A stretch of DNA of 64,000 nt from an uncultured Gemmatimonas sp. (lineage in GTDB: Bacteria > Gemmatimonadota > Gemmatimonadetes > Gemmatimonadales > GWC2-71-9). The position numbers and the translations under genes were made by a program. The notes under the pieces were generated by a model that did not search any database, had not been told where the DNA came from, and saw only the letters and a program-made list of their open reading frames with translations. Each line of letters begins with the position of its first letter. Position 1 is the stretch's first letter. Location: the NCBI GenBank assembly GCA_964649225.1, contig CAZYPO010000003.1, forward strand, positions 36,692-100,691, in the 5' to 3' direction. Below are positions 45,330 through 54,764 of this stretch, piece after piece.

Positions 45330-45863
45330 TTACGCGGTCACGATCCCGGCAAGCGCCTCGCGCAAACGCGCTCGGGCCTCTGCCAATCGGGCCTTACTGG
45401 TCCCCTCAGGAATGTCGAGCATCTGGCTGATTTCCCGGTGGGTGAAACCTTCCATGTCATGCAACACGACCGGCATCCGGAGCCTCACCGGCAAACGTTC
45501 CAGCTCTGCTTGCAAGCGATCCCGCAAGTGGGGATCGCTCTCGCCCTCTGGGCTGGCCACCTCGGCCGCCGTTGCCAACTCGAACTCCCGCGCCCGCACC
45601 CGCCGCAAACGCCGCAGCCCCGTGAACAGCATCGACATGGCCACCGAATGCAGCCAGGTCGAGAAGGCCGATTCGCCGCGATACTGCTCGAGCCGCTGGA
45701 ACACCTTCACGAAGGTGTCTTGCGTGTACTCGCGGGCGAGCTCTTCGTCGCCGACCGATCGATAGATCAGCCGGTACACGCGCGGCGCATGCCGATCGTA
45801 CAGGCGGCGTGCTGCCATCCGGTCGCCGGCACGGGCGCCGGCGATCAGCTCGGAATCGTCCAC
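45330..45863 (-). CDS. ECF-type RNA polymerase sigma factor (sigma-70 family, group IV)
   Basis: ORF 45330..45863 (GTG). Region 2 ...RLYDRHAPRVYRLIYRSVGDEELAREYTQDTFVKVF... and region 4 ...MEGFTHREISQMLDIPEGTSKARLAEAR.... Confidence 0.9.
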   Translation of the reverse strand: MDDSELIAGARAGDRMAARRLYDRHAPRVYRLIYRSVGDEELAREYTQDTFVKVFQRLEQYRGESAFSTWLHSVAMSMLFTGLRRLRRVRAREFELATAAEVASPEGESDPHLRDRLQAELERLPVRLRMPVVLHDMEGFTHREISQMLDIPEGTSKARLAEARARLREALAGIVTA

Positions 45864-45970
45864 ACACCATCCCTTGCGGCCGCATGGGTAGTGGCCTGCA
45901 ACTGCACCACGTATGACGCGGGGAGGCCGAAAGCGGTTGGATGGGAGGGAGGGGTCATGGCAATTTTATA

Positions 45971-45987
45971 GTAGTTGTAATAACTAC
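45971..45987. repeat. A/T-rich palindrome family, copy 3: GTAGTTGTAATAACTAC
   Basis: Directly abuts the rnd stop codon (TAA, 45990..45988). On the minus strand it is followed by TATAAA (45970..45965), upstream of the ECF sigma gene. Confidence 0.75.
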
Positions 45988-47109
45988 TTACTGAAGTGCC
46001 AGCAGTAATTCCTTCCCGAACTCCTTTACTTGCCAGCGCCGCGCTCCGTCGACGGCCGCGAGGGCCTCCAGGTCCCGAGGGGCAGCTCGGGCAATGGCCT
46101 CGAGGAGCCAGTTCGGGGAGAGCACACCTGGGGCAAGCTTGTAACGGCCTGCCAGATCCGTCCGAGCTACCTTGAGTCGCTCCATCCGGTCTTCAAATGC
46201 CGGGTCGGGCCGGTGCCGGGGCGGGCGAGCAAATCGGGGCAGGTCGGCATCCGGGAGCACCGTCCCCCGGCGGAGCGCTTCCAGAAGCTCGCTTCCCCGG
46301 CGCTCCACCAGCTCGCGACCCACCCCGCGAACCCGCGCCAACCCGGCGAGGTCCCCGGGAGGCTGCTCCGCCAGCGCGAACATCGCCTCGTTACCGAGGA
46401 TGCGGAAGGCGGCGCGATCGAGTGTATCGGCGGTCTGAGTTCTCCATACATAGAGTTCGCGGAAGCGGGCGAGTCCGCGGGGGGAGAGCACCCGGGCGCC
46501 TTTCACTCCAAGGGCCTGTACCTCAGGGGATTCCGGCTCGGGCCAGCGCACCCGGGTAAGCAGCTCGCATTCTTCTTCCACCCAGCTCAAGCGTCCCCGT
46601 TCGACGAGTTGCCGGTGCAACTCGTCGCGCAGCCTCGGGAGGTGGCGCGTGTCGGTTGCGGCATACTCGAGCATGGGCTGGGTGAGTGGCCGCAAGGACC
46701 AGTCGGCGCGCTGAAACTGCTTGTCGAGGCGGGCGCCGAAGTATTTCTCTAACAGGGCGGCCAACCCGATGCCCGGTTCGTTGAGAAACTGCGCAGCCAC
46801 CCTGGTATCAAAAAGCCGGGCGGCGCGAAAGCCGAATTCATGCCCCAGCAGGCGCAGATCGTAGTCGGCATCGTGAAACACGAATTCGATGCCGGCGTCT
46901 GCCAGCAGCTCGCCGAACCCCGGGAGCCCGGTGACCGCGAGAGGGTCGACCAGCCAGGTCTCGGTGCGGGTAGAGAGTTGCAGGAGATAGACCCGGTCGC
47001 GATGGCGATGGAAGCTGGCGGCTTCGGTATCCACAGCGACCAGCAACTCGACTCGAAGACGAGCGAGCAACTCGGTGAAGTCGGTGGGCCCTTCGATCAA
47101 TTGCAACAC
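45988..47109 (-). CDS. rnd: Ribonuclease D (3'-5' exonuclease plus HRDC domains)
   Basis: C-terminal 374 codons of ORF 45988..48324. Contains ...VAVDTEAASFHRHRDRVYLLQLST..., ...FHDADYDLRLL... and ...YAATDTRHL... (DEDDy motifs). Start set at GTG 47109, 11 nt after GGAAGG (alternative GTG 47121). The remainder of the listed ORF is antisense to the 47197..48393 gene. Confidence 0.88.
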   Translation of the reverse strand: MLQLIEGPTDFTELLARLRVELLVAVDTEAASFHRHRDRVYLLQLSTRTETWLVDPLAVTGLPGFGELLADAGIEFVFHDADYDLRLLGHEFGFRAARLFDTRVAAQFLNEPGIGLAALLEKYFGARLDKQFQRADWSLRPLTQPMLEYAATDTRHLPRLRDELHRQLVERGRLSWVEEECELLTRVRWPEPESPEVQALGVKGARVLSPRGLARFRELYVWRTQTADTLDRAAFRILGNEAMFALAEQPPGDLAGLARVRGVGRELVERRGSELLEALRRGTVLPDADLPRFARPPRHRPDPAFEDRMERLKVARTDLAGRYKLAPGVLSPNWLLEAIARAAPRDLEALAAVDGARRWQVKEFGKELLLALQ

Positions 47110-47196
47110 CCCGGTGCACACCTTCCGGAAAGAGAAAAGGAATAGTAGCGGTCCCGGTGCGACCCGGCGTATTTTTCGGGCTTCACGGAGCCGCCG

Positions 47197-48393
47197 ATGA
47201 GCCTCGCCGAGGTCGAACAAGTCGTCTATCCCGATGATTGCGATGCGTTCGGCCACCTCAATCAGGCGGCATTCCTGCGGGTCTTTGAGCGCGCCCGCTG
47301 GGATGTGCTGGGCCGCGGCCCGGGAATGGATGTCTTCGTGCGGCACGACGCGTGGCCCGCCGTGCGCAAGACCGCCATCGACTACCTCGCCCCGGCGTTT
47401 CCTGGTGACGTATTGCGGGTCCATCAGGCCCTGGTGCATCACGGCCGGACCAGTTTCACCATGCGGCAGACGGCGCGGCGCGCCGGTGACGGCGCGTTGA
47501 TCGCGACGGCTGAGTTCGTCTTCGTCTGCATCGATCGCGAGGGCCGGCCGGTCCCGGTCCCCGACGAGGTCGGAGAGTACTTTCAGGCACGGCCCAGCTC
47601 GGAGCCGGCCGACCGGCTTTCGGTGAATGGGGTGCGGTTGGCCGTAGAGCAGCGGGGCACCGGTCCGGCTGTCCTCTTCGTACACGGGTTCCCGCTGGAC
47701 CGCACCATCTGGCAACATCAACTCGACAGCCTCACCGGCTATCGCCGCATCGCCCCCGATCTTCGCGGCATGGGGCAATCCGACGCCCCCGACCTGGGCT
47801 ATTCCATGAGCACCTACGCCGAGGATCTGGTGGGCATCCTCGACGCGATCGGGGAGGGGCAGGTGGTGCTGTGCGGACTCTCGCTGGGAGGCTACGTCGC
47901 GTTTGAGTTCCTGCGACGCTGGCGGGAGCGGGTGCGTGGGTTGATCCTGGTGGATACGCGCGCCGAGGCTGACAGCGCCGAAGGGCGCCGAGCACGGGAC
48001 GCGCTGATCAGCCGCGTACGCGAGCAGGGGGCGATCGCTGCGGCCGAGGCCATGCTGCCGCGTTTCTTCACCGCACAGGTCTCGCCGGAAATCATCGAGC
48101 AGATCCGAACCATGATCCTGCGCACCCCGGTGCCCGGCATTGTCGGCGCCCTCTCGGCCATGCGGGAGCGTCCCGACAGCACCCCGTTGCTCGAGACCCT
48201 TACCGGCATTCCAACCCTCGTGCTGGTCGGCGCCGAGGACATGATCACCCCGCCGCCAATCGCCCAGGCCATGGCGAACGCGATTCCTGGTGCGCGGCTC
48301 ATGGAGATCCCGGGCTCGGGACATCTGCCCTGTGTGGAGCAGCCAGTTCCCACGACCCGCGCGATTCTGAAATTCCTTCAGTCCCTGGGATGA
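47197..48393 (+). CDS. Fusion protein: hotdog-fold acyl-CoA thioesterase (4HBT-like) plus alpha/beta hydrolase
   Basis: ORF 47197..48393. N-terminal ...YPDDCDAFGHLNQAAFLRVFERARWDVL... is a hotdog thioesterase. From ~residue 150, ...AVLFVHGFPLDRTIWQHQ...CGLSLGGYVAFEF... is an alpha/beta hydrolase with a nucleophile elbow. Confidence 0.85.
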   Translation: MSLAEVEQVVYPDDCDAFGHLNQAAFLRVFERARWDVLGRGPGMDVFVRHDAWPAVRKTAIDYLAPAFPGDVLRVHQALVHHGRTSFTMRQTARRAGDGALIATAEFVFVCIDREGRPVPVPDEVGEYFQARPSSEPADRLSVNGVRLAVEQRGTGPAVLFVHGFPLDRTIWQHQLDSLTGYRRIAPDLRGMGQSDAPDLGYSMSTYAEDLVGILDAIGEGQVVLCGLSLGGYVAFEFLRRWRERVRGLILVDTRAEADSAEGRRARDALISRVREQGAIAAAEAMLPRFFTAQVSPEIIEQIRTMILRTPVPGIVGALSAMRERPDSTPLLETLTGIPTLVLVGAEDMITPPPIAQAMANAIPGARLMEIPGSGHLPCVEQPVPTTRAILKFLQSLG

Positions 48394-48493
48394 AACCCTT
48401 CGCCGAGTTGGGGCGTCTATTAGTATGGCGGGACCGATTCGATGCTCTATATCGAATCACCGCCAAGCCTCATGCAGTACTCCCTTAGTGCGG

Positions 48494-48523
48494 CCCCGGG
48501 GCGGGCAGGTGCCCGCCTCGGGG
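48494..48523. terminator. Bidirectional G+C-rich hairpin between convergent genes
   Basis: CCCCGGGGCGGGC-aggt-GCCCGCCTCGGGG (13-bp stem with one G-U) between the 47197..48393 (+) and ferredoxin (-) stops. Confidence 0.6.
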
Positions 48524-48542
48524 TCGTCTCGCCTCTGATCCC

Positions 48543-48806
48543 CTACTTCCGCGGCCTCCCTGGCGGGGCGTCAGAGTTGAAAATCTCCTTGTTCTTCTGA
48601 ATGAAGCCCTCCAGGTTCGGCGGCACGTCTTCTTCCGGAAATATTGCGGTCACCGGGCACTCCGGCTCGCAGGCGCCGCAATCGATGCACTCGTCAGGGT
48701 GAATATAGAGCTGATCCTCCCCTTCATAAATGCAGTCGACCGGGCAGACGTCCACACAGGCCCGGTCCTTCACTCCAATGCATGCCTCGGTGATGATGTA
48801 CGTCAT
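48543..48806 (-). CDS. Ferredoxin (FdxA-like, 3Fe-4S/4Fe-4S type)
   Basis: ORF 48543..49049 trimmed to ATG 48806 ([55 protein letters not shown]...). GGAAGG Shine-Dalgarno sequence upstream. Confidence 0.9.
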   Translation of the reverse strand: MTYIITEACIGVKDRACVDVCPVDCIYEGEDQLYIHPDECIDCGACEPECPVTAIFPEEDVPPNLEGFIQKNKEIFNSDAPPGRPRK

Positions 48807-48925
48807 GCCTTCCGCTCTCCGTGAGTAATCGCTTTTGCGTGTCCTGGTGCGGGCTTGCGGGTCCCGGGACAGACTTAAGGAGCCGGGCCACGCTCCGCAA
48901 GGGGAGCCGGGGATTAACTTTGCGT

Positions 48926-50971
48926 ATGCGGCATTGCCTGCGGTGGCTGCTCCTCGTGGTGGTGAGCGCGCCGCCCGCTCGAGCGCAGCAATGCCCATCC
49001 GGGCCAATGGCGCTGGTGCTGTCCGGTGGAGGTGCCAAGGGCTTCGCACACATTGGAGTATTGCAGGTACTCGACAGTCTGGGTGTCCGCCCCGACCTGG
49101 TAGTCGGCACCAGCATAGGAGCGATGGTCGGGGCGCTCTATGCCAGCGGGTTGTCGGCCCGACAGATCGATTCGCTCACTCGCTCCCTCCCGCCCTTCGA
49201 CAGCCGCCCCGTCATTGCCAGTCGCGCGCCGCACGAGTGGGGCAGCCTGCCGCCCGCGGTCCTGTGGGAACAAGGCACCGGGGGCTTTGTGCTGGCCACC
49301 GGCGGCCTGCGTGAGCTACAGCTCAATGCCTTGCTCAATCGCGTGTTGTTGCGGGCCAATCTTCTGGCGCGCGGCGACTTCGACCGGCTTCCGATTCCTT
49401 TCCGCGCCGTGGCGACCAACCTCCGGAATCGGGAGGCCGTTGTGCTGCGCAGCGGCGATCTGGCACAGGCGGTCCGTGCCAGCATCGCGGTACCGCTGGT
49501 TTTCTCACCGGAACGAATCGACGATCAGACCTACACGGACGGCGGGATCTCAGCCAACGTGCCGATCGGCGCCGCGCGAGCCGCCGGTGCCAGGCGTGTC
49601 ATCGTGGTGGACCTCAGGGATCGCCCTGCAGGGGACAGTGTGGTGCTTTCCTCGCCGGAAGCGGTGGCGGGCCGGCTCGCCGGGTTTCTGTTCGCGCAGC
49701 CACTCGACTCCCTCGGTCCGGACGACGTGTCTGTTCGGCCTGACGTGCGCGGCGTGGCGAACCTGCGATTCGATGCTGCGACGCGCGACCGCATGCTCGT
49801 CAACGGCCGCTTGGCCGCGGACTCATCGCTGCGCCGGGCGCGCTGTCTCCCCCATTCGCTTCGAGCGGTTCCTCCGCCCCTCCCGACACACTTGATCGAC
49901 TGGGCGGTGGTAAACGGCACAAAACGGGATGGGATCACTGTGGGTCGCGTGCTCGGACTCCGCCGCGAGCGCCCCCTCCGCCTCGATGGCCTCGAAGCTC
50001 AACTCAGCGACCTCTCCCACGTCGAGGCGTTTCGTGAGCTCTGGCTCGGGCCGGTCGGCGAAGGAGACAGTGTCAGATTTCGTGCGGCGATCGTTCCCGC
50101 TCCGCCTCGGGTGGCAGGACTCGGTCTGGCGTATGACCATGATCTTGGCGGCCGGCTTTGGGCGGGTGGGTTGGACCGGGTGCTGCTTCCAGGCATCGAG
50201 ACGAGCGGAATTCTCACCCTGGGCCGCTTTCGCAGCGACCTCACCGGCGTGGTGTTGACGCATCTGGGCGTGCGCCGCATGAGTCTCATGCCGTTGATTG
50301 CGGTGCAGCTCAGAACGGAGGACATCCGGCAATTCAGCAGCGATGGCCACGATTATCTGCGGCTTCCGGTCCGCGAGGTCTCCGGGCAGGCCGGAATCGA
50401 ATGGGCCCGGGTTGGGGCATGGCGGCTGCGCGGTACCGGGGCATTCGTCACCTGGGACACGCCTGAGGGCGAGAGCCATTCGACAGCGGGCGTTGTTGTT
50501 TCGGCACGAACCGAACCAGGCCGCACCTCACGGTTTGGCGGTGAAGCGAGCTTCACCGGCGCCTACCGCTTCGCGCTCGCCGAGGGGACCGTGGTGCTGC
50601 GGGCGGGTCGGCTCAGTCTGGAGCCGGGAGCACGGCTGGGAGCCGGTCGTCGCCTGCCGCTACAAGCCACTTTCGAGTTTGGCGGGAGCGAGGGTTTTCC
50701 CGGTCTGGTGATTGGCGAGCGCCGCGGTGATCGTGAGCTGGTGTTCAGCGTGCAGAGCGCCTTTCTGGTGCGCGGCCCGCTCGCGCTCCGGCTGCTGCTC
50801 GCCGCCGGTCGCTCGGCCACGGGGGGCCCTCTCCTCGAATCCACCGGCTGGTTGGGAGGCGCTCGGGCCGGTCTCGGCGCCGAGACTCCACTTGGTCCGG
50901 TTGTGTTCGAGTATGGCTTGGCGACGAATGGCAGGAATGCGGTGTTCGTTCGAGTGGGCCGATGGTTCTAG
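48926..50971 (+). CDS. Patatin-like phospholipase fused to a C-terminal outer-membrane beta-barrel region (PlpD-like architecture)
   Basis: ORF 48821..50971 trimmed to ATG 48926 (signal [20 protein letters not shown]). Patatin motifs [21 protein letters not shown] and DGG. The long C-terminal Gly/aromatic-rich region ends ...VFVRVGRWF (terminal Phe typical of OM barrels). Confidence 0.85.
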   Translation: MRHCLRWLLLVVVSAPPARAQQCPSGPMALVLSGGGAKGFAHIGVLQVLDSLGVRPDLVVGTSIGAMVGALYASGLSARQIDSLTRSLPPFDSRPVIASRAPHEWGSLPPAVLWEQGTGGFVLATGGLRELQLNALLNRVLLRANLLARGDFDRLPIPFRAVATNLRNREAVVLRSGDLAQAVRASIAVPLVFSPERIDDQTYTDGGISANVPIGAARAAGARRVIVVDLRDRPAGDSVVLSSPEAVAGRLAGFLFAQPLDSLGPDDVSVRPDVRGVANLRFDAATRDRMLVNGRLAADSSLRRARCLPHSLRAVPPPLPTHLIDWAVVNGTKRDGITVGRVLGLRRERPLRLDGLEAQLSDLSHVEAFRELWLGPVGEGDSVRFRAAIVPAPPRVAGLGLAYDHDLGGRLWAGGLDRVLLPGIETSGILTLGRFRSDLTGVVLTHLGVRRMSLMPLIAVQLRTEDIRQFSSDGHDYLRLPVREVSGQAGIEWARVGAWRLRGTGAFVTWDTPEGESHSTAGVVVSARTEPGRTSRFGGEASFTGAYRFALAEGTVVLRAGRLSLEPGARLGAGRRLPLQATFEFGGSEGFPGLVIGERRGDRELVFSVQSAFLVRGPLALRLLLAAGRSATGGPLLESTGWLGGARAGLGAETPLGPVVFEYGLATNGRNAVFVRVGRWF

Positions 50972-50975
50972 ACGA

Positions 50976-51659
50976 TCAGGAGAGCTGCTCGCGCAGGAAG
51001 GAGAGGGTCCGCTTCCACGCTTGCCCGGCGCTCACCTTGTCGTAGACGGTCGGCCGGGTGTCATTGAAAAAGGCGTGATCCGAGTCATAGAAGTGGGCCT
51101 CGATGTTGCCACCAGCGGCCTTGAGCTTCTCCACCAGAGCGCGGGCGTCGGCTTCCTTCACTGAGCCGTCTCGCTTGCCGAAGTGCGCCAGTACCGGTAC
51201 TCGCAGCTTGGAAGGATCGATCCGGACGTTCGGGTGCACCCCGTAGAAGTCGACCGCCGCGCCGACGCGATCGGGATACTCCGCCGCTGCATAGAGCGCG
51301 AGCTGTCCTCCCATGCAGAAGCCCACGATGCCAATCCGCCGTGAGGTCAGCTCCGCCCGAGCCAGCAGTGCATCGGCGGCACCACACAAATCGACGCCCG
51401 CCTTGGCGATATTGAGCGCCATAAAGAGCTTTCCCGCTTCATCCGGGCTCTTGGTGACTGTGCCGTGATAAAGATCGGGGGCGAGCGCGACGAAACCTTC
51501 TTTCGCGAAGCGGTCGCAGACGTCCTTGATGTGATCCACCAATCCCCACCACTCCTGAATCACCAGTATGCCGGGGCCCTTCTCCGACGCCGGTACCGCC
51601 AGATAGCCGGTCGCCTGGCTCCCGTTGGCGGGAAACTGGAACATCTCGCCCAGGGACAC
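50976..51659 (-). CDS. Dienelactone hydrolase family protein
   Basis: ORF 50976..51659. Contains ...GPGILVIQEWWGLVDHIKDVCDRFAKEGFVALAPDLY... and GFCMGG. Confidence 0.85.
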   Translation of the reverse strand: MSLGEMFQFPANGSQATGYLAVPASEKGPGILVIQEWWGLVDHIKDVCDRFAKEGFVALAPDLYHGTVTKSPDEAGKLFMALNIAKAGVDLCGAADALLARAELTSRRIGIVGFCMGGQLALYAAAEYPDRVGAAVDFYGVHPNVRIDPSKLRVPVLAHFGKRDGSVKEADARALVEKLKAAGGNIEAHFYDSDHAFFNDTRPTVYDKVSAGQAWKRTLSFLREQLS

Positions 51660-51665
51660 TGTGGT

Positions 51666-52238
51666 TCAGAGCAGCGCGGAGAGCGGGGTGGGGACTTGCT
51701 CGCTACGGGGCTCCGGCTCGCCACAGCGGTCGGAAGCCGTGTAGAGGCGATTCCATTCTTCCCGAAGGCAGAAAGGATCGGATCCGTAAGCCCGATCCAC
51801 CGCCAGGACGCCGTCGAGGTGGTCGATTTCGTGCTGGAGCAGTTCGGCGCGATCGCCCTCCAGCTCGATCTCGTTGCTTTCACCCTTGAGGTCCTGGTAG
51901 CGCACTCTGATGTGATAGGCACGCTGGACTCGCACCAACAAGTTGGGGAAGGAAAAACAGTCGTCCCAGACCGAGAAGTCCTCGGTGCCGATGTCCACGA
52001 TCTCGGGGTTGATTAGAGTCCAGGGCTGTTCCATTTCGATCTGGACGATGCGTACCGGCGCGCCGATCTGGGGCGCGGCGATCCCGCGTCCGCTGCCGAA
52101 ACGCGACTGCCAATCTCGCAGCGTCTCCCGCAGGTCGTCTGCAATGACCCGGACCGCCGTGGAGCGGGGTTTGGTTATGAGGTCGCAGCGGGCCCTCAGG
52201 ATCGGATCTCCCAGTAACCGGATGCGGTGGATGGTCAT
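51666..52238 (-). CDS. def: Peptide deformylase
   Basis: ORF 51666..52238. Motifs GIAAPQIG, ...CFSFP... (EGC-equivalent region) and QHEIDHLDG. Confidence 0.92.
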   Translation of the reverse strand: MTIHRIRLLGDPILRARCDLITKPRSTAVRVIADDLRETLRDWQSRFGSGRGIAAPQIGAPVRIVQIEMEQPWTLINPEIVDIGTEDFSVWDDCFSFPNLLVRVQRAYHIRVRYQDLKGESNEIELEGDRAELLQHEIDHLDGVLAVDRAYGSDPFCLREEWNRLYTASDRCGEPEPRSEQVPTPLSALL

Positions 52239-52316
52239 GGTCTAATCTCCGGCTAACCGGAGGATTCCTCAAGAGCGGGGACGAAGATGGATGGTCAAAG
52301 ACTGGATGCTATGGAG

Positions 52317-52333
52317 GTAGTTATTGCAACTAC
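52317..52333. repeat. A/T-rich palindrome family, copy 4: GTAGTTATTGCAACTAC
   Basis: Lies in the divergent def/sufB spacer. Followed by GTTTAT on the plus strand. Confidence 0.7.
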
Positions 52334-52496
52334 GTTTATCTTAACCCGGATCTGCATCCTCGGTGCACCTCTCGTAGATGCTCCGGTTGGAGAATGGAAT
52401 TGGGCGGACCCAACGCAGTCCAGGGTGGCTACACCAGCAGTCATGTCCCTGAAACCTAAAATGCTAACTCATTGCCCCACAGGGTCTTCTGTACTT

Positions 52497-52551
52497 TTGA
52501 CAATCCCGACTATTTTACTTAGGATTCGGCTACATATTAATATGTGACCGA
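52497..52551 (+). promoter_or_regulatory. Candidate suf promoter TTGACA-N17-TAGGAT with operator palindrome ACATATTAATATGT over the predicted start site
   Basis: -35 at 52497-52502 and -10 at 52520-52525. Perfect 14-bp palindrome at 52532-52545, extendable to 26 bp (TCGGCT..AGCCGA-like, 52526-52551). AAGGA Shine-Dalgarno sequence before the sufB ATG at 52570. Confidence 0.5.
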
Positions 52552-52569
52552 GAAGGAAAAGGACCTCCC

Positions 52570-54002
<1,433 letters not shown>

Positions 54003-54003
<1 letters not shown>

Positions 54004-54764
54004 TGCTCGAGATCAAAGGCCTGTGTGCCTCGGCCGGCGAGAACCAGATCCTGCTGGGGATCACTCTCAGCGTGAACGCCGGCGAGGTCCACGCCATCAT
54101 GGGCCCCAACGGGTCGGGCAAGAGCACACTTGCCCAGGTGCTGGCCGGGCACCCCGCCTACACGGTCACCGCGGGAAGCGCCACGCTGGACGGGCAGGAT
54201 CTGCTCGATCTGGAGCCCGAAGCCCGGGCGCAGGCGGGGGTCTTTCTCGCCTTCCAGTATCCGGTCGAAATCGCGGGAGTCACCAACGCCTATTTCCTCC
54301 GGGCCGCCTACAACGCGCTCCGCAAGGTGCGGGGCCAGGAGGAGCTGGATCCGATCGATTTTCTCGACCTGCTGGAGGAGAAGCTCAAGCTCGTGGGGTG
54401 GGGGCCGGAGATCATGCAGCGAGCCGTCAACAGCGGCTTCTCCGGCGGCGAAAAGAAGCGCAATGAGATTCTCCAGATGGCGGTTCTGGAGCCCAAGCTG
54501 GCGATCCTCGACGAAACCGATTCGGGCCTCGACATCGACGCGCTGCGGATCGTGGCTGACGGGGTCAACGCGCTTCGCCGCCCCGATCGCGCCATCATCG
54601 TGGTGACCCACTATCAGCGACTCCTCAATTTCATCGTCCCGGACTTCGTGCATGTCCTGGTGGAGGGGCAGATCGTGAAGTCGGGCGGGAAGGAGCTGGC
54701 GCTTGAGCTCGAGGCCCGGGGCTACGAATGGCTCACCGGGATTCCGCAGGTGGTTTCCGCGTGA
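54003..54764 (+). CDS. sufC: Fe-S cluster assembly ATPase SufC
   Basis: Frame of ORF 53727..54764 trimmed to ATG 54003 (TGATG junction with sufB). Starts MLEIKGL...; Walker A GPNGSGKST, ABC signature FSGGEKKR, Walker B LAILDETDSGLD. Confidence 0.95.

Noticed and set aside
47110-48324. N-terminal 400 codons of the 778-aa ORF 45988..48324, as an extension of RNase D
   Set aside because: This part is antisense to the well-supported thioesterase/hydrolase gene (47197..48393) and has junk-like composition. RNase D similarity begins at about 47109, where a GTG with an upstream GGAAGG is available.
26109-52333. Canonical parS (TGTTNCACGTGAAACA) near the origin
   Set aside because: I did not find a match by eye; the CACGTG-containing stretches checked do not fit. 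The scan was not exhaustive, so this is absence of evidence only. The GTAGTT/AACTAC palindromes are not parS-like in sequence.
52287-52547. 86-codon ORF in the def-sufB spacer, and a 9-codon mini-ORF (52291..52320) ending in the TAG of the palindrome
   Set aside because: Composition and codon usage are unlike the neighbouring genes. There is no Shine-Dalgarno sequence and no plausible promoter context. The region is more plausibly regulatory or RNA.
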